Shown: piece after piece, positions 1-11,852 of the stretch | Layout: the number at the start of each line of letters is the position of its first letter | How positions within the stretch are numbered: the first letter of the stretch is position 1 | Assembly: GCA_051294375.1 (NCBI GenBank) | Contig: CM119267.1 | Span: 19,278,773-19,342,772 of the forward strand | Origin: Paraspadella gotoi | Taxonomy: Eukaryota > Animalia > Chaetognatha | Reading direction: 5' to 3' | DNA length: 64,000 nucleotides | Made by a program: the position numbers and the translations under genes | Notes under the pieces: model-generated | Databases searched by the model: none | Seen by the model: the letters and a program-made list of their open reading frames with translations, nothing else | Told to the model about the DNA's origin: nothing

Positions 1-160
1 TGGGCGAGATGTCCGTGCCTTGTTGCATGAAGGCTCCCAACGAGAACCAGAAGCTGTTGAAGATTGTGAAGTCGTTGGTGACGCTGGGGCCGTCGATCGT
101 CTCCTCCACCCGCCATTCGTAGGGAGAGAATCGACTCACCAGAAACAGCACCACCGACAC
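1..160 (-). CDS. GRIA: AMPA-type glutamate receptor exon (end of M1, loop, M2 pore), duplicate copy; gene continues left of the window
   Basis: The reverse complement after a ttcag acceptor reads [53 protein letters not shown], the AMPA-receptor M1-M2 signature, with Q at the Q/R site. Confidence 0.92.
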   Translation of the reverse strand, partial: MSVVLFLVSRFSPYEWRVEETIDGPSVTNDFTIFNSFWFSLGAFMQQGTDISP

Positions 161-714
161 CTGAAGGTCACGGTTTTCGTTTCCTTGTTTATTATTTGCT
201 TTCCTTGTTTCGTTGTCTGTTTTACGACAAATCGCGGAATTTCTTTTTTCCAAAAAAACAAAAAAATTAAATCCCAGTGGTGTCTTTGATTTAATCCACC
301 GACCAATTTTCGTAATACCGCGGGGATTGAACGCGTGACCTTAAGTTAAGCTTTTGAAAAGGGAAAAAAACAATATCATTTCTATTTTTTCGGGTCGTCA
401 GTGAAAAAATTTTAAGAGTTTTTACTTTTCTTTTTCACGATGTTTTTTTTTGTTTTTTTTTCTTTTTTTTTTTTAATAAAAAAGCAATTTTAAGTCTTTT
501 AAGCCCCGACCCCAGCTGGCACACGCGGAAGCATTTTTGTCTTGGAAAAAATTGTTAGCCTCAATATACATCCGATCGACAATAACTTGAAATATAGATA
601 TTGTTTTTGTCCTTGAACCCACAAATTTCGCCCCCCCCTCTCTATCCTCAAACTCTCTCTCACTCTCTCCTCTCATCTTCTCTCTCTCTCTCTCTCTCCT
701 CTCTCCTCTCTCTC

Positions 715-746
<32 letters not shown>

Positions 747-1160
747 CAACGCGAAAGAAAAAGTGTCTGCAAGATCGATGCTTTTTTCCTCGTCTTCTCA
801 TTCTCTCTCCTTTTTCGAGTTTTTTTTTTTCGCGGGAAAGGGTTTTTCGCCCACCATCCCAACAAAACTACGAATAACAACCAAAATTTTAAGAAAAAAA
901 ATAGCCTCGAAAATTTAAAAAAAAAAAAACAACCAAACTAATCAACCAAACACCATAAAATTAACAAACCCTCGGCCCAATGAATCGACTAACACAAACA
1001 ATCACACGATCTCGCATACAAACCAACAAACCAGTCAGCCTACCAAGGAGCCGACCGGAACCCAACAAACGAGTTAGCAATTAATCAATAAACAAACCAA
1101 CCATTTATTAACCAAGCGAACCCCCGAACCAATCAAAGAAATCAACATACCCATCAATTA

Positions 1161-1508
<348 letters not shown>

Positions 1509-2569
1509 TTATTAACGGTTTGGAAAGAGTAATGGTGATCGTCGTACGTCTCGTCGTCTGTCCGTCGATTCAATCCTCCTTTCTTACGATCGTTATGCTA
1601 TTTCTTTTTTCTTTTCTTCCTCTTATTTTCTTTTCGTTCTCCTGCTCATCCGTTCTTTCCGCTTTAAAACAAGGAAAAAAGAAAGGAAACCAATGATGAT
1701 GTTTCCTCTCTCTTCGCTCGGGTATAGGTGCGAATTGAAAAACGAGAACGCCGGGGTCCGAACGGCTGCCGCTCCGAAAACCCAACCCGCCCCTCCCTCT
1801 TTCCCGTCGACCCCCCTCAACCTCCTGCTGCAGCCGCCCCGCTCGCCTCCGCTCCGTTCCGCTGGCTGGTCTCATATAGACAAAAAAGCGTAAATTTTTT
1901 CCCTTTCCATCTTCCATCTTTATTTCGGTTAATCTAATCTGAAACGGGACAAAGAGAATAGGCGGAGTCCGGCTGCGTTTCGCAGCTTCTGGCGTTGGCG
2001 TGGCGTTGGCTGCGTCGGCAACGTCCAGCAGTGGTAGGTAAGGCGTCGGCGAAGATGGGTCTTTTTTTTTTTCAGCGGACTTGAATGACGTCATCGCCAT
2101 CTTGTTTTCTTCTCTTTCTCTCATCTTCTTCTTCTACTCCTCATCACTCTTCATCTCTCTCTCTTTCCTCCCTCTTCTTTCTCTCTCTGCTCTCTCTCTC
2201 TCTCTCTCATCCTGCTCTCTCTTCCTATCTCTCTCACCTTCGTTCGCTGCTTCCGTCACTCTCTCTCTTACTCCGCTGTGCAACGCAAAACGCTAGACGT
2301 AATGCTTTGGAGAAAAAAAACAAGGCGATAACGGGCCCTCCACGTCGGTCTGGGTATGACGAGTTAAATTGTGACCACACCTTTAATCACAAGACCAGTT
2401 TGACTACGTCGTCCTCTGCTCCAAATCTGAACCAAGTACTCCTCCTCCCTCTCCTCTCCACTCAGTCTCCCGCCATTTCTTTCGCCATCAAAGTCGGCCT
2501 TACTCAACGTCACTTCCTGACCTCATCTTCCTCCGTGAACAAGGCCTCTCAATTTGTTTTGCCTTAACC

Positions 2570-2670
2570 CCGTCGAAACGGGCATCGAACCGGGGTCGAC
2601 CGAAGTCCGACGGCAAGTCGACCGGCGTCGACCCGGCGTCGAACCCGGCGGAACGATCGGCGGTCCGAAG
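2570..2670. repeat. 10-bp periodic GTCGACCGGC/GTCGACCGAA minisatellite (also at 22037-22124)
   Basis: Read directly; the cleaner copy is gtcgaccgaa gtcgaccgaa gtcgaccggc gtcgaccggc gtcgaccggc. Confidence 0.8.
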
Positions 2671-3830
2671 TTAAACATGACAGGGGTGTCCAAGTTTCGT
2701 CGAAGTTGTTTCGGCGTAATATTATTTTTGGTTGTTGTTCGTTGTCATAGTTATTGAACTTTTTATGATAATCAATCAATGAAGTCATAGCGATTTTTGG
2801 GTTTTTGCTTTAGTTTGCAGTATTGTTTTCTGAACTCCCAAGTTTTAAACATTGCGCATTAACGGACAAAATTAAGAATTGTGGCAGTCGTAAAATAGTT
2901 TTCTTAAATGTTGTTAATAACGTTGATAACAATGATAAAAAAATATATAATTTAGGCTCCCCCATTTCCTCTGAAAAAAAAAAACTTTCGATTCCGCGAT
3001 TCGACTATCGTATAAATTTTGCCCCTTTACAAAATCCCCGCGCATTTTATGTAACACTCGTACGGCGACCTCGTCCGGCGAGCCATAAAAAAGAAATCAA
3101 GGGGTCGCCAGTGGAACGAGACGCGAAGAAAATCAGGAAAAGATGGCGCGAGAAAAAAAGTCTCTCTGCGGCGGGGCGGTCGGCGGTCGGCGGTAGGCCG
3201 CTAAAAACAAATCAATTTATTCTCCTCGTTGTCAAAGTAAGAAAGATTAACTGGCGATGAAGGTGGCAGCGACAAGAGGGCGGGGAGAGAGATTGGTGTC
3301 GCTGGACTACTCGCTGAGGGTAAGTGGAGGCTGGGTGGACTGGGGTAAGGTGAAGAAAATCGCGAAAGGTGTGAATGATGGAGCAACGAATGTGCAGTAT
3401 TGGAAAACGTATTAGACTTACGATCGATCGAAAATAAGTCGGGTATGTAATTCGTTTGAATGCCACAGAATTACTTATATAATGCATCGAAAATTTTGTT
3501 ATTTTTCTAAATTAACGTTTCAGATCCGTTCTACAAATGTCCATTCAAAATTCTTTCTTCCTTTTCATTTATGATATTTTCTATTTATATTTCGAGTGAA
3601 CGTTATAAAAAGGCATGAGAGTGCCATGGATTTGGGGAGGCTGTCAACGGCTGACTCCCTCTTTGGCGCCGAGTTGGCGTAGTTGGCGCGGGCGTCGGTG
3701 GAAGCGTTCCACCACTCACGTGAACGACAGGAAAGCGTAAGTTTTTAAAATTTCCAACAACCGAATAGAGAGGATAGTTGATTAGATTAGATATTAGATA
3801 TATAATAATCAAATAATAGTAAGATTTAAA

Positions 3831-3948
3831 GATAGATAGACAGATAGATTAGATAGATAGATAGATAGGATTAGAATAGATAGATAGATAAAAGATAGAT
3901 AGATTAGATAAAAGATAGATTAGATAGATAGATAGATAGATAGATAGA

Positions 3949-4007
<59 letters not shown>

Positions 4008-4047
4008 GATAGATAAATATGATAGATAGATAGATAGAAAATTAGAT

Positions 4048-4084
<37 letters not shown>

Positions 4085-4110
4085 CGATAGAATATAATAG
4101 ATAGATAAAC
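3831..4110 (+). repeat. (GATA)n microsatellite (partner at 23260-23427)
   Basis: Read directly. Confidence 0.97.
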
Positions 4111-4975
4111 AATTAGAGAGATGGATAGCTTGATATAGTAAAAGTAAATATAGCCACAATTTAATACGCCTAAAGAAGAAAGCGGAAATAGCTGCTTCGC
4201 AATATTTTTCTTCGCGGATAATTTCTCTCGTCCTCTTTGAACTTTTCCCTCCCCCAATGATTTTCTTCCTTTTTTTTTTTTTTTTTTGGGCTTCAACCTT
4301 TTAAAACTTCTTTATTTGAGCTCGTCCTTCTCGATATCTTTTTTTTTTTTTTCTTCCTTTGCTCTCCCNNNNNNNNNNNNNNNNNNNNNNNNNAAAAAAG
4401 CGTATTTTTTTCCTTTCCTCCTTCATCTTTATTCGGTTAATCTTAATCTGAAACGGGAAAGAGAATAGGCGGAGTCCGGCTGCGTCGGCAGCTTTGGCGT
4501 TGGCGTTGGCGTTGGCTGCGTCGGCAACGTCAGCAGTGTCGGTAGCGTCGGCGAAGATGGTCTTTTTTTTTTCAGCGACGTTGATGACGTCATCGCCATC
4601 TAAAAAAAGAGAGAGATAGTAATCATTGTTGAGGTCTGTAGATTGCGATCTTTTCAAAGTTTTTGGGAACATTGGCATTGCTTGTATTTATATTGGGAAT
4701 TTCAAGCAAATTGATTCTTTTAGAAATTTAAATTCATTCTTGTTTCCCATGACGCATCAATAGGAACCAAAACCATAAGTAAGAGAACAATGTCACAAGT
4801 TCTCACATGTGGATGACTTTTGTGAAAAAAATTACTAGAATTAATTGATTTATCTGTACTGTTATTTCATGGGTCGTATTGAATTTAAAAAAAAAAATGT
4901 TTAAGAAAATTTTTTTAGATAATAAGGAGCAGAAAAACACATATAATGGAGCCGGACGAGCAAAACTTCTTCTAC

Positions 4976-5080
4976 CGGAAGTCTTGGCGGAGAATTGAGA
5001 CGCCCGTTTCTCGTTCGGGCGTGGCACTAAGCACGGACATGCGCCGCCTTCTCCCTCATCGCCGGATGGAAAACGACGGT
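4976..5080 (-). CDS. GRIA: Glutamate receptor cytoplasmic C-tail exon
   Basis: After a cattgtag acceptor it reads TVVFHPAMREKA(R)MSVLSATPERETGVSILRQDF, with GC-rich codons and resemblance to the AMKAKARLSI motif of invertebrate GluR tails; gtagaa donor. Confidence 0.6.
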
Positions 5081-5870
5081 CTACAATGAGAAATTTCAGT
5101 AGAAAAAAAAGTTGACAAATGGGTAGAGTAACTTTTTTCATGTGTATGCATTTAAATTTTTTTTTATTATTATATAAAATAGGGGTCGCTGGTCGTCCAA
5201 TGAGCTTCTCATACGTTTATGAATGTTTTTATTTTGAATTACACTGCTGGCAATTGTAAAATCAATTAAATTCTAAAAATATACCTCTTACAAAATAAAA
5301 AATCAATAATTTTCTACTAATTCCACGAAAATAAGCTTTGATTACTCCTGGGAATGAGTCCAAATAATCAGCAGTCTGCAACAAGGGAGCAAAAAGAAAA
5401 GAAGGAATTTTTACTTAAAGGTTAATTTTAATATTTAAAGCAGTATGATTTAAAAAAAATTTCAAAGCTTTTGAAAAATAGCTTTGAAAATCTTTTTAAA
5501 TGTGAGTGATGTCGGTGTCATGACTAATCTAAACAAGTGTTCTGTGTAAAATTCAAAAAATTAAGGAAGTAACTTATCTCTCTTAATTTTATCAATTTAG
5601 AATAATTGTTAATTATATTAATGAATGAAAACGCGACAATATATAATACTCAAAGTGAAAATTGTGTAACCATGATAGACAGATGTATGAGGATGAATGA
5701 TCAAAATCAGAAGGAATATATTAATGGATTTACATAAAAAAAATGATTTTAGGATGTTTTTTAACGCAAAAAAACAGGAACAGAGAACATCTTTAAATAC
5801 CAGAAAGTAAGTATGTGCCACAGCACCAAGTACCGACATATTTCTTAATGACCTGCAGTCCACCTCTGAC

Positions 5871-6040
5871 TTTTGACCTCCGTTTCTCGAGGCGAGATTT
5901 GTAGGCAGAACGCCGTCACCATCGCCAGAGTGAGTCCCCCCGAAAAAAAATTTAAAAAGAAAAAAAAAAAAAAGTTTTTTTAAAAATTAACCGGGCGGCC
6001 CGCCAACCCCGTTTAACCTCAAGGGGAAGAGGGCATTCCT
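5871..6040 (-). CDS. GRIA: Glutamate receptor M4 exon (heavily corrupted)
   Basis: Fragments NAL(SLSN)VAG and GLTLAMVTA..FCYKSRLEKRRSK, followed by a gtcaga donor. The middle of the exon is garbled. Confidence 0.75.
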
Positions 6041-7222
6041 GGGAGCCGTTGAGTTGGGGCAAAGTGGGGAAAATTATTAAATTTTCTGCTTTTTTTAATT
6101 CGAATGTGAGACAATTTATTTTAAAAACAATAAAAGCGATTAAATAACGTCAAATGCTTAACTAAATATTCCTGTTTTGTTTTAAGTTTTTTTTTTTATT
6201 TATCACAAAAAAAAAAAGAAAAAAAAACAAGAAGAAAATGATAAATTATGATTGCGCTGAATAAAGGATTTTTATAAAATGGAATTTAACCCGCCCCATG
6301 GGAACCGGAGAAGATAGGATTTCGAGTGCTAAAACATTTGTTAGGCTCCCTTGCAAGGAATTTTGAACAGAAATTTTCTATTTTGGTTGTAACTACGGTT
6401 GATTGTTGAACATCAAACTAGTAGAGTATCCTAACAATATGCGTTTCATATTGTTTTTTGATAAGGATAATATTGACTAAAGGTACTCGAACCATTAATT
6501 CTTTTCCAAAAATTAAAGTTTAGGAGAGTTAATTTTTTTTTGTTGGATATCAGTACGCGATTTTAATCTAATGATTAATTTCTAATTTCTAAATTTTATG
6601 GCAACTCAAAATAATACCAACCTTCTGTTAAAATTGGAATTTAAAGTTGAAAATTGTCAATAAAATGTTTTGGAATGAGTTTGAATAGCGTTTAGTATAG
6701 CTGTGGCGATGCTGATATTCTAAAAATAGCATATTTGAAAATACAAAGGATGGTAAAGTCAAGACTTATTATACTGATGATCACAAGTAAATATCACTAA
6801 AGCAACAATACAATCCTTTGTGTATTATTTACACAGATAGCGACATGCTTGTTAGATTGTGGTTAAGAAATTCTCAGTGGCATTTTTAGTATTGACCTAA
6901 AGTCTTTTTTTTTTAAATCTGCAGCCATAACAAATGTTGAACGGTACCACATTTTTATGAATATTCCCTAAAATTTATACCAGAGGCCAAAATACTGATC
7001 TATTTTTGATCCCTTCCTTTGCGAGAGGGATTTGGCTATTTAATTCGCAAGTTAGTCAGTAAACGCAAAAAATTAATTCCTACGGCAGCAAAAAAACTAA
7101 CAGGAAATTTCAACGTGAGAAAAAATGGTGCCTTTGAGTGGTCATTTCACATGCCGCAGATCGAAATTGTGTAGTGGCCAAAAACGTGCCCTGTGACAGT
7201 TTCAAATTGAAAAGTAAAATAC

Positions 7223-7333
7223 TGCATTTCCCCTTTGCCGCACTCAGATCGGTCATACCACCACTTTGTTCTTTAATTTTGTTAGGTCACGCCCCCTCCA
7301 GTAATCAGGAGTACAGTGTATGACAAACAGTCC
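7223..7333 (-). CDS. GRIA: Flip/flop-position alternative exon E (fifth in transcript order)
   Basis: cttgtttag acceptor, then approx. DCLSYTVLxLLEGGDLTKLKNKWWYDRSECGKGEM, then gtattt donor. Confidence 0.88.
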
Positions 7334-8191
7334 CTAAACAAGAATAGAATGTAAGTTTTAAATATTTCTCTCATGACACCTTATAGCTGTTTTTCATTTC
7401 AGAGTTTTGTTTTTTTTTTAAGGATGATTTGTTGGTCATCATAGATGGAGAAGGTTTAAAAAAGCGAAAATGGTGCAAGTTGTCGCTGTGTTTTAAATTT
7501 GATAGAAAAAGGGACAGCGTTTTATATTCAATTGCACGTAGCAAAATTTGGCTTAAAATTAAACGCGCCGCAACAAAAAAACTTTTTTCGCAAAGAGGTC
7601 AATGTTAAAAAAAATTTTATGTTGAATATCTTATTGTTTAAAACTTGCCATTGGAATGTTTCTTAATAACGAAAACACTGATTAACCTCACATGGCGTTA
7701 GCAGTGACATAAAATGAAGATAAGAAAACATTTAAAGCAGACCATCACAATCCTGAATCCATGCACAACCAAAGTTCCTGTTTGCCGAAACAAACAAAGT
7801 TTGCTTAAACTTAAAAACGATGGCCCCAAAGCTATCTCTTACATGGCTTGAATATGGAATCATATTAACTACTGAGCTTGATATTAAAGAATAGTTTATG
7901 AGGTTTTCTCAAACAATTTTCTGTTTTGTTTTTTAATCCCTCCTGCTTGGATTTCTTCAAAAAATAATTGTGCTCTTAGTGATTAAAACGCATTTTTTCT
8001 TAAAAAAAGAAAACCTACTTTCCAACTGTGAAAGCTCGAAAAACTACTCTTGGGGGAATGACATCCAATAAAATCCTTATTTTTCCAAATCAAGAATTCC
8101 AACATGGATTAAAAACGAAAAAAAATTTTTAGGAGAAAGAGGAAGAGAGCGAGATATAGACGAAAAACTATTTAACAGCAAAAGCTAGTAC

Positions 8192-8311
8192 CTTGTAACC
8201 ACATACGTTTTTGGCCACACTCAGATCTATCATTGCACCATTTCTTCTTCAGATTAATCATTCAACCATCTTCTTGCAATGATTAATACAGCTAGCGAGA
8301 TCAAACTTTTG
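8192..8311 (-). CDS. GRIA: Flip/flop-position alternative exon D
   Basis: caacagcag acceptor, then approx. ISLAVLSLQEDGxxINLKKKW(W/C)NDRSECGQK, then aag|gtacta donor. Confidence 0.82.
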
Positions 8312-8418
8312 CTGCTGTTGTTGTGTAAAAAAAATAAGCGGGTGGGAGCGAAGGGAAAAAAAACCCGGGACTTTTTGTTTTAGACAGCCTAAGTGGATCG
8401 GGTTCCGTCGGGTCGTAC

Positions 8419-8527
8419 CTTGGCCTTGTCCTGGCCGCACTCGCTGCGGTCATGCCACCCACTTTTTCTTGAGGCGGTGCAGCTGAGCCGTCCTCTTGAA
8501 GCGCAACACACTCAACGAAATGCATGA
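8419..8527 (-). CDS. GRIA: Flip/flop-position alternative exon C
   Basis: Approx. SCISLSVLRLQEDGQLHRLKKKWWHDRSECGQDKAK, then gtacga donor. The acceptor context is weak and purine-rich. Confidence 0.88.
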
Positions 8528-10769
8528 CTTCAACTCCCCTCTCCCTCCATTGCTTTCCGTTTTAGAGAATCAAGCATAAAGAATCTGGTTCAATTCTACT
8601 CTATAAGGTAGTATTTTTATCCGCTATTAATGCCTAATCTAACTTAGGATGTGGTAAAAGCAGACTCATTTTGCATGTCATTTCAAAAAGAAAAGAGAAA
8701 AAATAGGGTGGTCAATTCTTAAAAATAGACCTAAAGAAATTGAAATTTGTATCAGTCTGTTTTATCCAGTAATCATAAACATAAAACAACTTATGAAATA
8801 TTGGAAAATGTTGGCAAAGAGTCTAGTTTTGTCTAGCTTCAGCTTAGCAGGGTAGCAGGCCAAAATCTTATCTTATCTTTTGAAAACATATCAATCAAAG
8901 AAAGCATTTTTAATAATATTTAATTCAAAGATTCTGCCCTTCAGCTTTTCAAAGGCTCTTTTTTCACCTGCAGAAGGAAAAATTATCAAAGCATGGAAAC
9001 TTCTAAAATGAACAAAACATTTGACATTAGGGTTGACAAAAAGAAAGAATAGAAAATTTAACATACGGTAGAACAACAAATCGTATTTCCTTTCTTTTTA
9101 ATTTAAAAGATTAAATAAACCAGCCTGTGATTTTAAAAAATATCTTTACAACGTAAAATAAAGCAGAGGAAAATAGAAAAGCTACCTCACAAAACACTAG
9201 TTTAAAGTTTTGAAAATGAGAGAACAAATAAAACCGATTTATTTGTTTCAACCCAATTTAAAACCAGTATTTATTTCTTTGTAAAATTAATATACTTAAG
9301 TCATTAAATTCCTTACATCCATGTATAAAAAATCATGCGATAATGTTACGAAAAGTCTCAAGAGTTTTCAATGTTTGATTTTGTTCTTATTTGCAATAGT
9401 CAGGGATAAAGTGGTTTTGTTTTTAAAGCCAAAGAATTAAGACACATTTAAAGAAGTTAAAAGGTAATGAAACAAAATACTAGAAAAGAACAGCCCAAAA
9501 ACAACATTGAAGAAGAGGTTCATGCAAATTTCCTAACATAAATAGGTCGATGATTTGTAATTTGGTGTTTTTCAACCAAAACTGGGCGAAATAATTAACT
9601 TCTTTCCAGTTTGGAATGAGAAAAATATTTTAACGACACTGAAGTAATTAATCCAAGCAAATTTTGTCAGGTAACCCAATGAAACTAAATATTCTAAGTT
9701 GAAAAAATTATTAACACTATGCTGTAGGAATACAATGGTCTTAATATCTTACAACTCTTTTTAAACACTCGAGGTTTTTTTCAATTTTAGAAGAAGGTAC
9801 CATAAATCACGTCCGGACATCTTCTCGACGTCAAGAGGCGTTTTTCACACAGCAAAAATATTTTTTTCCGAAGCCAAAAAGTCCACTTTGGTGCATTATT
9901 TAGTATGTTACCTCTGGTATCTTGACACAAAAAGAAACGTATATCATGCTTAAAATATCATGCATCCAATAACCCAATGTTGTATCCATGGTTCTACTGG
10001 ATTCGGATAGGAAGGAGACATGCATTAGTCCTCCAAAGGAGACAAAGTCTTCAATTTTCCGACAATAGCAATTCCAAAAAGAAGGAATGCTTCATTGAAG
10101 ATAGAAACTTTGCCAACTGTTTGAACAAAATAATTCTTTTAACAACAAGCGAAGGTCAGCTAAAAAGTTGCTTTAGTTTCAATTTCATTTCTTGCTTCTG
10201 CTGTCTTTTAATCAAGTGGAATCCATGAAATTCAAAAAGTAATATATGTTAGTTGATGTGTTCTAGGAAAATCAAAGTGCTTGGTTAGTCTTTGTGAAGG
10301 AGTGAGTATGGTGTGATGAACTGAAACCGCGCTTAGTGGATATTGATATGAAAATAGTTTTAATTTTATTACTTTTGGTTGAAAAGTTTAGTAGTAAAGT
10401 GATGAAGAATTTGGTTATTATTGCAATGTTTTTTTTCTTAATTGATAAAAATTAATACAAGCTTTTCAAGCATGCAAATTGAGTTTTGTATTTCGTTTCA
10501 TTAGTAAAGCATTTTGTATCATTCGAAATTTTAGTAATGTAGTATCAATGTTTTTTTTTCAAATCTCTTATTATTGCCAGGAGGCAAACAATATCTTTGT
10601 TAGTAAGCATTGCTTAGCCATTCTATTTAAACATTGACATAATGATTTCAAACTTAATGAGTCGGAATTTCTCATTCGATTAATGAGATCGTACCAACAA
10701 ATCTATGGCAAGATCTATGAACGAAATCCTTTTTTTTTTTCAAAAAAGTTGTTCTGAAGGTTCAAATAC

Positions 10770-10894
10770 CTTTGAGCCTTTTTCTCCCCTTGTCCACATG
10801 CTCCAGATCGGTCCATAACCACCAATTTCGTTTTTAGCTTTTGACAGTCGGCCACTTTCTAGCAGTTCCTAGAGTAGTTAGAGAAGCACACGTC
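10770..10894 (-). CDS. GRIA: Flip/flop-position alternative exon B
   Basis: ccttttatag acceptor, then approx. TCASLTTLELLESGRLSKLKTKWWYDRSECGQGEKKAQ, then gtattt donor. Confidence 0.85.
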
Positions 10895-11737
10895 CTATAA
10901 AAGGTGGAATTTAATTTTCACGCACAGCGTAAGACAGCTTAAGCCAGTAGAATTTTTTTTTTTTGCATAATTTATTTAACTGCCTAAAAATTAGATAATT
11001 AGAGAAAGCGCGCGCTTAACCTCTTGCAATTAAAAAAAAATTATTTTCATGAAAAGATTTAAATTTAATGTTGGTAGCCATGCAGGTTCAATTGGTTTCA
11101 TGACCATGGTGAGGTAAGTGGAAGAGGGAAATGAAGATTTGAGCAGCGTTATTACTCTTGCGGCTTCGTTGCTGATTAGCGTTTGCAGTATTTCTCTTTT
11201 GGCTGAATGCAGTGACAGTAATGGATAGTACTACTTAGGTTTTTAAGTTACTCCCCCTATATTCGCTAAATCTTCGAGAAAATGAAATGATTTAAAAATT
11301 AAAAAAAAAAATTTCTTTGATTACAGATTTAAAAAAACTAAACAATGCACAAAGATGAGATGCTGATAAGAGAACATTGGTGAAAAAATCCAAGACCAAA
11401 TAGAATAGCGTATTTCGAAATTAAGATAGAGTAATGTTTGCTAATAAAAATATGCTAAGTTGCAATCGGCTATCTATTTCTTTTAAATTTTTTTTTCGCG
11501 CTAGAAAAGAGAAAAAGAGTAGCAACCAAAAAAAATTACTCAAATGATTACACTTTATTCAATTTCCTAAAAAAAAAACAGATACCAAAATCGAGTTTTC
11601 TAAAAATTTCCCAGAGAAATCCGGGGGAGAAAATGTGGGGGGAATTTGTAGAAAAACCGAAAAAAAGCGAAATTAAAAAAAAAACAAAAAACAAAACAAC
11701 AATCGGGAGTTTGAGTTTTTTTGTGATCTTTTCTTAC

Positions 11738-11852
11738 TTTGCGGATTCCCTGTCGCGCAACATCGCTCACGGTCACGCAACCACTCTTTTTTACACCTAA
11801 AACGCTTACCCCGTCCTTCTTGTAGCTTAAGAATCTGGAGTGATATGCAACT
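11738..11852 (-). CDS. GRIA: Flip/flop-position alternative exon A (first in transcript order)
   Basis: SCISLQILKLQE is visible in ORF 11673..11921, followed by a degraded KKxWxRDRSxC and a gtaaga donor; 115 nt. Confidence 0.75.

Noticed and set aside
4803-4853. Terminal receptor exon ending VIHM-stop or SHPHV
   Set aside because: Phase and frame are ambiguous given the error rate, so the true C-terminus cannot be called.
6975-7060. Possible degenerate extra cassette (aatagatcagtattttggc on the minus strand)
   Set aside because: Only a few bases resemble the DRSECG motif, and there is no other support.
8891-8967. Possible sixth cassette after a strong ttccttctgcag acceptor
   Set aside because: The translation (GEKRAFEKLKGRIFELN..) lacks KWW/DRSEC and runs into a stop.
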